Shown here: piece by piece, positions 14,601-27,269 of the stretch
Layout: each line of letters opens with the position of its first letter
How positions within the stretch are numbered: position 1 is the stretch's first letter
NCBI GenBank assembly: GCA_046563655.1
Contig: CM102286.1
Location: 12,772,001-12,836,000 of the forward strand
Source: Yuukianura sp. NJ FZ-2021
Taxonomy: Eukaryota
Reading direction: 5' to 3'
DNA: 64,000 nt
Program-made: the position numbers and the translations under genes
The notes under the pieces: generated by a model
The model's input: only the letters and a program-made list of their open reading frames with translations
Told to the model about the DNA's origin: nothing
The model's database searches: none

Positions 14601-17600
14601 ATAAAGTAAGAGAGTTTAGGCCTAGAATTTTAGAGAGAAAGAGAAAGCACAGTGGAGGTTTTAGGGAGTCTACTAATATATTTTATGGTAAGCTGGTTTC
14701 TGTGTGGACTAATGAAAATGGCTTTCCCGCACTTTCATAAAAATCAATGCTCGTTAGTTTCCTAGAGTTTTAATTAGCCTTTTCCCTTTTAATAACGTGT
14801 TTCTGTTGTTTTCCAGCAGCCAGCTAACCTAACCTAACTTTTCTTTACTTTCTTCTCTGTGTTTTTCTCTTCCTGTTTTTATTCCAACTAGGCCAACAAC
14901 AGCCCTAACCTAACATATTCGACTAAAAAGTTTTTGGTTCTAGCGTTAGGTTTTTTGTGCTATTTTGGAGCCTGGGAAATGTCAAGTTGGTATTCAGAGA
15001 TCCGGGAGAGCGGAATAGAAGTTAGAAACTGTTTTAGTTTTAGAAAATGGTTCTATCCTTTCTCATCCTCCATCGATCGGAGACTTGGTTTCTCCTGGGC
15101 CAGAATCAGCAGGAGTGAAAGTGGTGTGTTTTGGTCGAAGCGTTTAGAATTCCAGAATTTCATTAGGTCGTCGTAGGAGCACAAGAGGCCTGGAAACCTA
15201 AACAGTCCAGAGAAAAGGATAAAATGACGACGGGAAGCCACCCCCACTTTCCAAATGAAACTCTGGGAATTAATGGCTGTTTGGGAAAAGAAAGCGGAGA
15301 AACGCTCTGGGTTGACGTTTCTACTAAAACATTTACAAATCACATGATGGGAGGATTGCTGTCTACTGTTGGGTTGTCGCTTGTAGACGTCAGTTGAAGC
15401 GGTAATTTTAAAGCGTAAGCGTAAAGTAATTCTAAACTGTGAAAGTGAAAGTTGTCTTTTGGAATGCAAAATTGAAAGTCCAGTTTACTTTGGAAAATAA
15501 ATGAAATTGGGCCTAGAGTCAACAGTGGAATTAAATAATCAGGAAGGTTTAAAGATTTGTGAAGCGCGGTGGAGTGCGGTGGGGCTTGGTGAAAGGTGTG
15601 CGGAGAAAGCCAATTACCTTCAGCAGGCTACTAAAGTCAACAATGTAAGTTTATACGGACCCATTGTCAGTGACATGGTAGCGTGTCCATGACGCCATCC
15701 GGAGTTGACATCCTAACTTTGAGTGCATAACGTAACTTGAACTAAAGCCTAACAACCTAACCTAAGTCTTTGGTAGTACAAAACTTCTGAATTGAGAAGA
15801 TGTAAGATCTTTTGGGGAGCAGGTTACTCTAACAACCTAACGTAAAAGTGACAATGAATTTTTGGACTCGTGACAATATGGTTATGGAACCTTGCGTTTT
15901 TTTACAACTCTAACTTACTTGTAAAAGTTGTGAAACTTTATTATAACTTTATAACTATGGTATGGTAACCTTTTACACAATGCCCAACCTCTTTGTTCTT
16001 TTAGTAGTGTTTGGGAAGTCTCTTTAACTTGAACCTAACCTAACTTATATGTATGTCCTTTGTCTCTTTTCTCTGTCTCTGCTGCCTCTTTCTGCCACTT
16101 TCATCCAGGACTGGAAGAAAACAAAGTTACGTGGGATTCTGGGCTCCTCTGCCAAGCCTACGCCTTCATCGCCACCTCCAATGGCCCAGCAGTCGTCATC
16201 GACGTCGACTAAAGGACTCCTGGCCTCTTCATCTTCCTTTCTTAAAGGAAGTTCCTCACTCGTTCCAGGCCTTCTGCCTCCGCTCCAGTCAGCTCCTGCT
16301 AAGAACCATTCCTCGAACGCCTCTTCGTCTTTAGTACAACCAAATACTTGTCACCAACCGCCACCCAAAACTATCCAGCAGCATCATCTCAGTCTCAATT
16401 CACCTACGGCCGAGTCCAACTTCCCTGAATTACCTCTAAGTCTTCCACCGTCGAAACCTCAGAAGGTTCTTTCACTTTCTTCTTACTCGTATAATATTGT
16501 ATCCTCTTTGCTCTTTTCTTCTTTTTTTGCTTTGCTTCAGAGACAGATTCTTCCATTCCTTGCGTCTTCATCATCCCATTGTTCTCGTTTCTTTTGTGAG
16601 TTGAGCTGCTTCATCTCTCTGGGTAGCTCGGCTTCCAGAAAAGCCCTCTGGAGAAGCTTAAATGCCCATAATGCTCTGGCATGACACTGCTTCATCGTCA
16701 AGACAGCAACAACTTCTGCCTGCCAGCACTAGCTCTGATACTAAATTTTTTTCTTAGCTAAGAGAAACTAGATTTTGTTGCAGTAACTTTTAGCTACCAG
16801 CAGTATTTTGTAAAGCTACTGAAGCTATTCACAACTCATACAGTCTTTCTAGAATTCTTAGAAGTGGATCAAAGTTACGGATGCTAAGGGCTTCAGCTTT
16901 TTTCTGAATCAAAGAGCGTTCTTGACCATAATTGGAGATTTTGTAACAACATATAAGCCTTTCTTTCACAAATCCCTCATGACATGAGAAAAAAAACTTT
17001 GACCTAAATTCTACGGAACAAAGATCTTGTTAAACAAAACGAAAGTGTCAGTGTGTCCACGCTGCTGCTGCATTTTGAGGACGTAATCCGCTGTTAATTG
17101 TTTGTTTGCCACCGTCTTTTACGTTTTAGTACGAGGATGCATGTTGCAAGGAGAGAAAACAACATTTAAAAAAAGTAAAGGCACAGTGAAAGAACTACGG
17201 CACGTCCTTAAGATTTAGAGATCTTGTGAACTTTTCAACAGGTTCAAAAAGAAAGAAAAAGGAATGTCAGAACTAATCTATTGTCTCTTTTTTGCTTTTG
17301 TTTGTCTTTTGTAGGAGAAAGAAGGTGTGAAAAAGAAGAGGAACAAAGAAGGTAAGGAAACAATTAACTTGGTTCAAATCAGTCTTCCTTTTGCCACTTT
17401 CTCTTTGACTATTTCTCCACAAAGTGTAGCGTTGTAAGCAAAAGCTGTCAGGAAAGACTTATACCACAAAAACACGCGAAATTTAATAATAAGTGTTTCT
17501 GCTGCAAAAGTTTGGTTTCATTGGTTGCATCAAGTTAGTTTGCCAAATTACGAAGGAAAAATATGAATTAAATTTACGCGGAGGTGGGACTAATTTGTCA

Positions 17601-20600
17601 CTCGTCTCGAAAAAAAAACTAATTGAAACTGCACCTCTATCAATTATTTTTTTTGTGAGCAAATGAATTTCGAAACAAAACAAAAGTTAGTGAGAATGAG
17701 AAAGTTTTCAATTTTTTTAAATAAACGAATATTTTCTTGAAAATTTTAAATCTATTTTGTTCCTTTTTTTTTGTTTAAAATCAATTTCTCCCGATTTGAG
17801 TGTCCAGTTAGGTTTAAAATGTTGAGAATTTTTAGAATTTTAAAGATTTTTTGTGAAAATATGCGGAATGAACTTATAGCAGAATTTTATACAGTCGGCG
17901 TCGCATATGTTGCCAATTTTGTTGCAACGATAAAGGAGTAAGGGTCTCGTACGGAAGATTACACAAGATTTGTGTTTCTTCATTTTGAATTTTCTGTTTT
18001 TGCATTTTCGTTATTTTTTTTCAAAAACTGAGCGCCCTACTTCTGTCTACCAAGTTTGAGACAGCTCCGCTTGCAGGTTTCAAAGTTAAGATAGCTTTCT
18101 CTTTCTGTGTGGACGACCTAAAGAATTCCGTAAATAAATTCTACAGAGTGGAATGGTTCTTTGATGAATTTTTTCCTTGTATTTTCTCTTTTCTCCGTCG
18201 GTTTTTCCTTGTGGTGGTTCTCGTACTCTACTCTTCGCGTGGCTCTTTCTGTTCCTTTTCATCTTGAAATTTCAATCTTCCGCTGGGCTGTTCTTCTTCC
18301 CTATTCTTCTACCACTGGCGAACCAAAACACACACACTCGCCTGCGTCTCACTCTTCGGTAAGTTCAATTTAAGGCCAAATCTTACCTTTTCCTGGCTCT
18401 GCCAGTACTACGTAATGTACCAAGGAAGATGCTGCTCAGCATCCCGCGCAGTTAATTTGTTTTCTATTTTGAGAATTGGAGAAGAGCATCTTCCCCTAAT
18501 TCTCTTTCTCCGCCTTTTCTTTTTTCAAATCCTCTTGAAATTGAATTGAGACCAACAGGAGAGCATGGGTGAAGAAAAAGAAGAGAAACATGTCATTAGA
18601 GTCCTAAAACTTTTGAACCTAACAAATAAGAAGATTCTTAGTAAAACCTGGAGAAAGCAACTTTCTCTGCTTTTAGACAAGTAAAGATGTTCACTAACAC
18701 TGGTTTTCTTTTGTAACTTGGTTTAGATTTGGCCAAAAATCCTTCAGTGCTAATTGAAGGGGTTTTATTCCGAGCACGTTACCTTGGTTCGACTCAACTA
18801 ATTTCCGAAGGTCAGCCAACAAAGGCTACGCGGATGCTCCAGGCGGAAGAGGCTGTTTCCCGAATTAAGGTACGAATTTTATGGTGTAAAAGTTAATTTT
18901 TACTTTTCTTTTAACAAAGTTAGTTTTATTTTGAGCTTCGAGAAGACTCGTACACCGTCCCTTGATTTAACCATATTTTTTTTTCAAAAACTTTTATGTT
19001 TGATTTTATTTTTTATGAATACACTGATTCCGCTAGTTCATTTCATGATTACTTGCTTCTTATGACTTGCTTTTTTGCTTCAGTATCTTATAGGCTGTAT
19101 GTCAGCAGTTTCTGTTAAGTAAAGGACAATTGACCTTCCCTTTAGCCCCGAAGCTAATCGCTGCTGCATTTTGCTGACGCAGTTGAGCTCGTGCTACTAA
19201 AGCGAGTGAAAGTCGGAAGCTAAAACCTTAGCTTTTTGTAGTTTACTCAACTATGACCCATCCTTCGCAAGTGCAAGTTTCATTTGGTTTTTTTAACTGT
19301 ACTGGAGCAAGGAAAACTGTACCTTAGAACAAGAACAACACATTTGAACTTTTTTAATTCAATTTCATTTAGTTTTCTTGTGGTTGACGGTTAGGTTGTC
19401 CAATTTGGGAAAGTGGTCCAAAGTACTTGTCCGTTCTTGAGAATCTAATCGCATCTCCCTAGTTACGCGTTTAGACATTCCACTTGAACTGGCTTTCACC
19501 TCACTACTTGCATGGTTTCAAGTGCTAGGTAAACTTAGAAAGTTAAGGGCAGGTTACCTCAACCTAACTGTGTATCATTCTCCTGACTCAATTATGGGAA
19601 GAGATGTCTTCTGTATTCTGTAACATGAAATTGAAATGAAATTGAGTACAGTAGAGATAGTGAAATTTCATGGCAGATTAGAGAGGAGAAAGGTCAAAGG
19701 TTACATGAGCCACTTGACTTAATGTCAATAACCTAACGTGTATTCAAAAAAACTTTCTGTGTGCTTCTAAGGAAATTTTATTTGTTTATTAGGGAGATAG
19801 TAAAAGTGAGGCCCACGCTTAAGCATCAAATTTTGGATTGTTTGGTTAGGTTTTCAGGTAGGATTTGAAATGGCACGTGTCAAGAGTAGGTTTACGTTAG
19901 GTTACGTTAGCTTTCGGGAGAGATTTGGAAACTAAAGATGAGGATTGGATGTTATGTACGTAGGTAGGTTACGTTTTGTTAGTTTCCATCTCATAAACTG
20001 GCATAAATCTGATGAAATTTTGATGTAGTGATCTCTTAAATCCTTCATGTCATTTTGATAAATTAGGGTGAAAGTTTTTTTTAAGGGGAAAATGATGATA
20101 CTTGAGCCAGAGTTGGATAAATTGAAAAATTTAATTTTGAATTCAAATGTGAAAAAAAAATTATGGAGCCCATTTCCAGCCAGTTTTTTCTTTGTTCTGT
20201 TTTTCTTGTTGAGCCATTCGCTTTCATTGTTATTATAATTCCTTCTCCTTAGTGTTTCCATTTTCGATTCCATGAAATGTTCCATTTGGTTTTCTCAACT
20301 ATACTATTCTATGCTTTCGTTTTACTTTTTGCTTCTTATTTATTTGTAAGCAGCCTTTCCTCTGTTCTCCTTCCACTTTCTCTATTTTCTTCTGATTTAT
20401 TGATTTTCCTTCATTGAGTTAAAGGGATTCGAGGAAAAAGCTGCTCAATATTTTGGTTGTTGGTGGAGTTGGAGCGGTGAAAGGGAAAAGGAGAAAGAAT
20501 TAGTTTTTATCTTTCCTATGCAGGCCCAGGCCACTCAAAATGCTACTACCTCTGGTCTATCTGACTCCACTGTCTCCCTCCTTTCATCATCTAGTTCCAG

Positions 20601-23600
20601 TATTACCCTCCCACTAGTCTTATCAACCAGTACAACCACTGATGACGAACCCACCACGTCCCCACTACTCAGCCCCACCAGACCCACCGACGACGGCGGT
20701 TGCCTCCCCTGGAGCGGCGGAGAAAGTCAACGACCCCACCTCCTCCCCGGCCCCACTTTACAAACCCACCACGTTGACAATTGTGTCACGAGTCGGACAG
20801 GCAGTGCTACTTCGGGTGGCTGCGGTGGTGAGCTGCTTCAGATGTCAGACAAAAGCTCTCAGCGGGTGCTTTCAACAACGTTGACAGGGACAGAAGACAC
20901 CTCTCGGTTTATTGTTGACAATGACGATGCCTTTGAATTTGACTCAGGCCTAATCCTTTTGCGTCAAAGTCCAGACTCTTGTAAGTCTCAAAATAATTCG
21001 TCTTCTACGAGTTCTGACGGAAGTGGGTCAGGAGGCCTGAGAAGAAATCATCATCGGCTGAGGATACAACAGGTTCCGCCGAGTCTCCGCCATCCACCAA
21101 ATTGTTCCTACTCATCAGAATTCCACTACTGTCCACCTCCTTGTGGAGGTGGGGGCGGTGGTGGGTCAGGCGTGACTGGTACAATGTTTCATCTTCGATT
21201 TGTTGGTTCTCTGGAGGTGGAAGAAGAGGTTGGAAGTGGCAGGAATCGACGCAAGAGGCCGAAGAACGTCATGGTGGAGGAGGCCGTGATGGAACTGAAG
21301 GTGGATTTTAATCATTTCCTTGTCTCCACCCTTCCGCACACTTTTGCTCCTTTAAGTCTTAGCAAAGCCACACCCTAAACATATTGCTGTGCTTGCTGCA
21401 TTCACTTTTTTACTTTCACAATTTGTTTCCATTTCAAAAAAAAACACTTTTCAGTTGCATGTTTTTGAAACTTTTTATAATTTTTTGGAACAAAAGTTAA
21501 CAAAACGTTATTCCAGAATATAGAGGTGCAAGCTGTTCGATTTTTCCGACCGGAAGGTTGTATAAAAGTGTATATTTTACGAGCCAAAACGTTAATCTAA
21601 ACACGAAAAAAAGTTAAAGAAAGTTTCTTTGCCAAAAACTTATGAGCAGATTGCAGAAAATGCTTTTGATTACTTTTCGTGCTAGATTTTTTTTCTCCTA
21701 AACTATAAACACTATTTTGCTCGTGTGGAGTGAAAATGCTTTTTTCCTTACTTTCTCTTAAACATTTTTATGGCAAAGAAAAAGTTGTTTGAATTGATAA
21801 TATCTGGATTCCTTTTTGTGTATTTTTCTGTAAAAATTTTAATTGCTGCCTCCATTGTGATGCTCCTGTTGTCTAAAAAAACACAGTCAATGGTAAGGAA
21901 CTATAAGAAAAACAATAGAACAACATTAGGGTTTTACGGATGTTCAGTTCACTGCGTGAAAGCAAACGGAAAGATTAATTCTTCAGACAGATCCCATCAA
22001 CTTTCTCTTTTAGTTTCCCCCTTCACCGTTTTCGTTTCTCTTTTTCTTGTTTTACCTTTGTAGTTTGAACTTAGCAGAGCCTAACATGCAGTTTAACCTA
22101 ACCTTTAAAAAAGACTAAGTTTGAAGTTGATGTTTTGATAAAGTTAAATCCGCTTTATTTTTACTTTGCAATCTCTCGCGTAGTAACTGTAGTAGTCTTT
22201 TAGTCAGTAGTTGTCAGAAAATAGTAGCTAAAGCAAGAAAGCACAAAACCTTTCAGTTCCATTTTCTCAGCGACTAGCGTCGAAACCTCCAGGGCCGATG
22301 CTCTTTTTGAGCTTCAAACTTTTGTTTTCGTTTTTTTCTTTTTTGAAATGTCTTACTCTTTTAGTGTTTAAGAAAAAAGGAAGCTTACATTTTTTTCAAA
22401 CTTTTTTCGACTCGAAAATAGGAAATGGATGGACGGTGTTTAGTTAAACCACGCACACGAAGCTACTGGCTGTAAGTTCCAAGCTCCAAGCTACTGGCAG
22501 GAACAAGGGAAAAGTTTTCACCGCTGAAAAAAACTTTCAACTTTTCTAGATTTCCAATTACTTAACAGGAGATTTAGGCAGGAAATTTAAGCTGTGAGCA
22601 GCTCCATGAGGGTTTCCTTTTGTTCCTTCTGCTTTCTGCTGGAACTTTCAGCTGGTTGTGTGCTAATGGTTGACTGATGATCGATTTCCATTTCTTTTTC
22701 CTTAACTTAAAGTCCGTGCACATATTACTTTCTCCTGTCTTGCCATTTATGAAAAGACTTCATTACGCGTCCAAAAGTAGGCTTTTCAAAAGTTGAGCCT
22801 TGTGTCTATAGTTTCAGAAGGCAAAGTTGGAAGAACAAAGGAAACTAAATATGCCATTTTCAATTTTGTGTCTTTCTACGACGTAGGCACCCGAAGGAGA
22901 GACACAACCAAGCACGGAAGTGGATCTGTTCATTTCAACCGAGAAAATTATGGTGCTCAACACGGATTTAAAGGTAGGGGATTTTGTGGAGCAGTAATGG
23001 AAACCGTCATTGTTTAGTACTAGGAGGATTTGGATTTTGGATGACAATGGTGATGATGATGGATTAAGGTCATAGAGAGAAACTCATAAGTCTGAGTGTT
23101 GTGTATTACAGTGGAAGTACTGGAGATTTTGTAAATATATTTTCCGCTTATGTGTTTTTGCAGGAGATCATGATGGACCATGCCTTAAGAACGATATCGT
23201 ACATTGCGGACATTGGTGACTTGGTGGTGCTGATGGCACGGAGACGACCTGTTCCTACGGATACGCCGGAGGAGCTCTCTAAAATCCATCGTCCTCCTAA
23301 AATGATCTGTCACGTCTTTGAGAGTGATGAGGCTCAGTACATAGCTCAGTCCATTGGTCAAGCCTTCCAAGTGGCCTACATGGAGTTCCTCAAAGCTAAT
23401 GGAATTGAAGATCACAGTTTCGTCAGAGAGATGGATTACCAAGAAGTTCTCAATTCTCAGGAAATATTTGGAGACGAATTGCAAATGTTTGCGAAGAAGG
23501 AGCTGCAGAAAGACGTAAGCTTCCAGGGTGGAGGATTTAAGCTAAGACTAGAAATGGCGGCCATTTTAAACGTGTTTATTTGGTTCCGTAGGTGGTCGTT

Positions 23601-24483
23601 CCGAAAGCAAAGGGCGAAATCCTTGGAGTCGTGATTGTGGAGTCAGGGTGGGGCAGCATGTTGCCCACAGTGGTGATTGCTAACCTGGCTCCTGCTGGAG
23701 CAGCAGCCCGCTGTGGACAACTAAATATAGGGGATCAAATCATAGCTATTAATGGTGTTAGCCTTGTTGGACTTCCACTGTCGACGTGCCAAACTTATAT
23801 TAAGGTAGGGCTCTCAAAGGCTTACTTTCAGCTGGAGTTTGTTGAAGACATTTCTTAATAGAAATTCTCTCGATTCATTAACTCTGCCATTTTCCTTTTC
23901 TTCACTTGGCCTATGATTAATGGGGGACTGGGTTGGTTTCTGGAATCAATTTAATGCAAAGACGCCATTTCTGTTTTCTCTCCAGAATTCAAAGACGCAG
24001 ACTGTGGTCAAATTAACTGTAGTGCCATGTCCACCCGTTGTGGAAGTCAAAATAAAAAGACCGGATACCAAGTACCAACTTGGGTTTAGTGTTCAAAATG
24101 GAGTGGTAAGTTATTCCCGCCTCTCAAAATTTAAAATTACAACATCAGCAATTTCAAAATTTGAAGAACTTTTTTGTCTTAGATTTGCAGCCTTTTGCGT
24201 GGTGGAATCGCTGAACGTGGAGGAGTTCGTGTGGGTCACCGCATTATTGAAATCAACAATCAGTCTGTAGTGGCAGTTCCTCACGAAAAAATTGTTAACT
24301 TATTGGCAACGTCCGTTGGAGAGGTGTGTATTGTGAACACAGAGTGTTGGAATTTAATTTTTGTTTAATATAATTTATAAATATATTATGTAAATTGAAC
24401 CTATTTTTTAGATTAACATGAAGACAATGCCAACGTCAATGTTCCGGCTATTAACAGGTCAAGAAACGCCGCTTTACATTTGA
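2677..24483 (+). CDS. X11L: X11/Mint/LIN-10 family (APBA) adaptor: long disordered N-terminus, PTB domain, two PDZ domains; ~2031 aa (~2290 aa with the cassette exon)
   Basis: ATG in GCCGCCATG context at 2677. Phase-consistent GT-AG exons: 2677-5892, 6132-6720, 7578-8169, 8328-8425, 10227-10306, 16109-16465, 17315-17351, 18727-18869, [20524-21300 optional], 22887-22973, 23164-23514, 23592-23804, 23986-24105, 24183-24323, 24412-24483. [21 protein letters not shown]...[25 protein letters not shown]...[16 protein letters not shown]...[19 protein letters not shown]1: [24 protein letters not shown]2: [26 protein letters not shown]-terminus [14 protein letters not shown] is typical of Mint proteins. 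Linkage of the far N-terminal exons rests on phase only. Confidence 0.93.
9075..9158. repeat. Cluster of TATAGTCTAT / ATAGACTATA inverted repeats
   Basis: TATAGTCTAT at 9076 and 9125, its reverse complement at 9094, and partial copies at 9141 and 9150. Confidence 0.6.
20524..21300 (+). CDS. Candidate 259-codon phase-0 cassette exon of the X11 gene, inserted inside the PTB domain
   Basis: Acceptor cctatgcag|GCC at 20523/20524. The frame is open for 777 nt and ends [41 protein letters not shown], followed by a weak AAG|GTGGAT donor. The phase matches both flanking PTB exons (ending 18869, starting 22887). Confidence 0.65.
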
Positions 24484-25771
24484 TTTCTCTCCCGCCTGTT
24501 TCAACTACTGCTCTCTGCCTGGAAGGCGCAAAGTTTTGAATCTCCATTTTCTCATCCTCCATTTCTTGCCATTTTGTTCTCTTGAAGCCATTTTGTGACC
24601 AAAATATACAAAATACATCACGGATCTCTCTTCACTTCAAACGCAACGTTGAAAACCGAAACTCAAACGCTAACAATGCTTCACTTCAGGTTAACCTTAT
24701 CTTAACTTGTTTGAAGTTTTACTTTTTAACAACCTTAATTTATAAATGTGTGATTATTAATAACGATATTATAACTAAAAAGCTAAAAATTAACAATTAT
24801 TGTAATTTATAATGAGTGCCTTCTGGCAGCAAAATTTCATATGTGTTATGGCCGGACATATCCTCTAATGGATCATTGTAAAAAAAATCTTCTATCAAAG
24901 ACACAAAGCGTCTTCTTTACAGTTGCTGCGATTCCTGCTCCTTCGTACATTTACTTTAAATATTGTTATATTTCACCAAAAAAAAAGTGTTTGAAAAACT
25001 AAAAAGAATTTTATGCTCAAAGAGAGAAGGGAGTTGAAGGAAAACAGCAGCTTTAGGGTTAGTGAATCTCGTGAATTAGCTTTAACCTGTAAACTCTGCC
25101 GTTTCAAATGTAATTTATGAATTATATATTAATAACTCAAATTAATTCAAACTTGCAAAGAAAAGCAACAGGAAATCTCTCTATTAACAGTTTTCTCATC
25201 GCCATACTTTTTGCTAAAGAGCAATTTTTTTTGTGTCGGTCGTGTTTCCAGACTTTTTTGTTACAATTTCTGTACACTTTAGAAAAATTTAAGTTTTTGA
25301 ATTTAACAGCATCCAGTAGCTTCTTGAATTTTTTAGAAAACTTTTTATGCAGGGCTAAATTTTTAAGATATTAAAAAAGTTAACAAAAAATTGAAAAATA
25401 TTTACGTAAACTATATCTAAGTAATGTAATTTTAAGATATTTGATGCAAAATTGCATGTAATAAGCGGCAAAATAAAACTAACGGCGGATGCTCTTCTAC
25501 ATTTCTGGAAGTTTGTTAAAAAAAAAATTATTGTAAAGGTAAAACTTAGCCATTCAAATTTTATTTCCATGACAACCAGTTTGAGGTGAAATTGTTATTC
25601 CAAACTGGAATGTCTAGAAACAAGAAGGAAGGCAGGCTTTCTGTGTCCAGCGGTTTTTGTGATTTCTGTCGAACGGACGGACGACGTTGAACTTTCTTCT
25701 TGAGTTACTTCATTGACTTCTTCGGCTTGTCCAAAATTTTTGAAAACTTTTTTTTTCAAATTTGTGCTAAG

Positions 25772-27269
25772 ATGAAGTTCAAAAAGTTATACAAGAGACT
25801 GAAGGCTGGGTTGAAAATCTCTAATATTCCTCATCTGCCCCTCAAGGGGAATGATTTGTTTCAAAATCTGATGGAGTCTGTGGATCCAAATACTCAATTG
25901 AGCAACTGCGAATCCTCGGAATCTTCCTCTGTCACATCTTCTACTGGAGAAACCGAAGACGAGTGTAACGTGTTGAGTGTAAGAATCAAATTTGAAAAGC
26001 GAAAAAAAATTGAAATTCGCGGATATTAAATTTAACACAAAATTGTTTTTTAGGAATTCAAAAGAAATGGGAGAGCTTTGGCATTCGGACGGGGACATTT
26101 GGCACGTCCCAGTCAATCTGGTCAACATCACTCCGAAGAGTTCGTCAACGTTGAAAAGAATGGCGTCACTGCCTTCGGGAAGATAGCGCGAAGCTTCAAA
26201 ATTGAAGTGACAGAAGATAAATTTCGAAAGGCGTCGTCCTTTGTTGCAAAACAAAGCCAGGAAATGTACTGGGCCAACTTACAGCCATCGCTACTGGAGT
26301 GCTGGGAAGCAAAAATGGAGGCCATTCTTAACTCAAGTGAGAACTCCAAAGATTCTTGTTAATCTGAAGTATAAATTCAAAGAAATTAATATTTTAATAT
26401 AAAATTAAGGAACGCCAACTGCTCCTACGCGAGAAGAGCATTCCACTACACAATTTCCAAACACTGTGACTTCCAGCGCTAACCTAATTGATCTGGACGA
26501 AGAAGTGCTTAACTGCCAAACGGAACAGCAAAATTCCGATTGCAGCGTTACCGGACTCTACGATGGAAACAAAACTCAGGAAAAAGTCGTGAAAGATCAA
26601 ATTGCAAATTTGTCCAAACAAATTCACAGTTTGAATCTAAAAATTGACCAGCTTGCAAAGAACTTGAACCAAATGGACAAATTTTTGAGATGGGAATTTG
26701 GGACAGAGTAATCGACATTTAAAAACATAGTATCATTCTGTGACTACTACTGTAAAAATATATTTTGTTATAGACACGTGACACAATTCAATGACGCAGA
26801 TGAAGTATCGAATGAACAGGAACGATTCAACAGCACCTCGCCGTTGTTTGAAGAGTGGGATACAGACCAATTTATTGCACACTGCAGTTTTCCAACCTAC
26901 GTAATGGGCGGGTCCGATTCCGATTCGGCTTGGGTTACACTCGGATCCCTTGAAAACGTCAGCAGTATCACAAATTTCGATACTTTTGAAGACGGTTTTA
27001 CAGATTCATTTGACACATTTCAAACATCTGAAGATGAAACTTTCTTCTCGTGTCTCCAGGACACGCCTAACACGACACAAAGTGATCTCCTCGGTGGTGA
27101 CACATTTTCCAGTTTTGACAGTTTTGAGCTGCAAGATCCGATGGGAGACGGTACTAAAATTGTACTAAAATTTAAATTTAAAAATAAGTTATTTTCTGTT
27201 ACAACATTGATGAAAGGTATTTACTTTGCTTTCTCAGTTTTCTCCACGTCCTGGTGTACCTACAAATAA
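25772..27269 (+). CDS. Uncharacterised 5-exon protein (~398 aa) with a central coiled coil and an acidic Ser/Thr/Phe-rich C-terminus
   Basis: Exons 25772-25978, 26054-26336, 26410-26707, 26774-27150, 27238-27269, joined by 66-87 nt GT-AG introns with consistent phases (1197 nt total). Heptad-like segment VKDQIANLSKQIHSLNLKIDQLAKNLNQMDK. No family recognised. Confidence 0.65.

Noticed and set aside
18161..18373. Hydrophobic ORF ending at a strong CG|GTAAGT donor (18358/18359)
   Set aside because: The ATG-containing frame is phase 0 but the next X11 exon needs phase 1; at most a non-coding alternative first exon.
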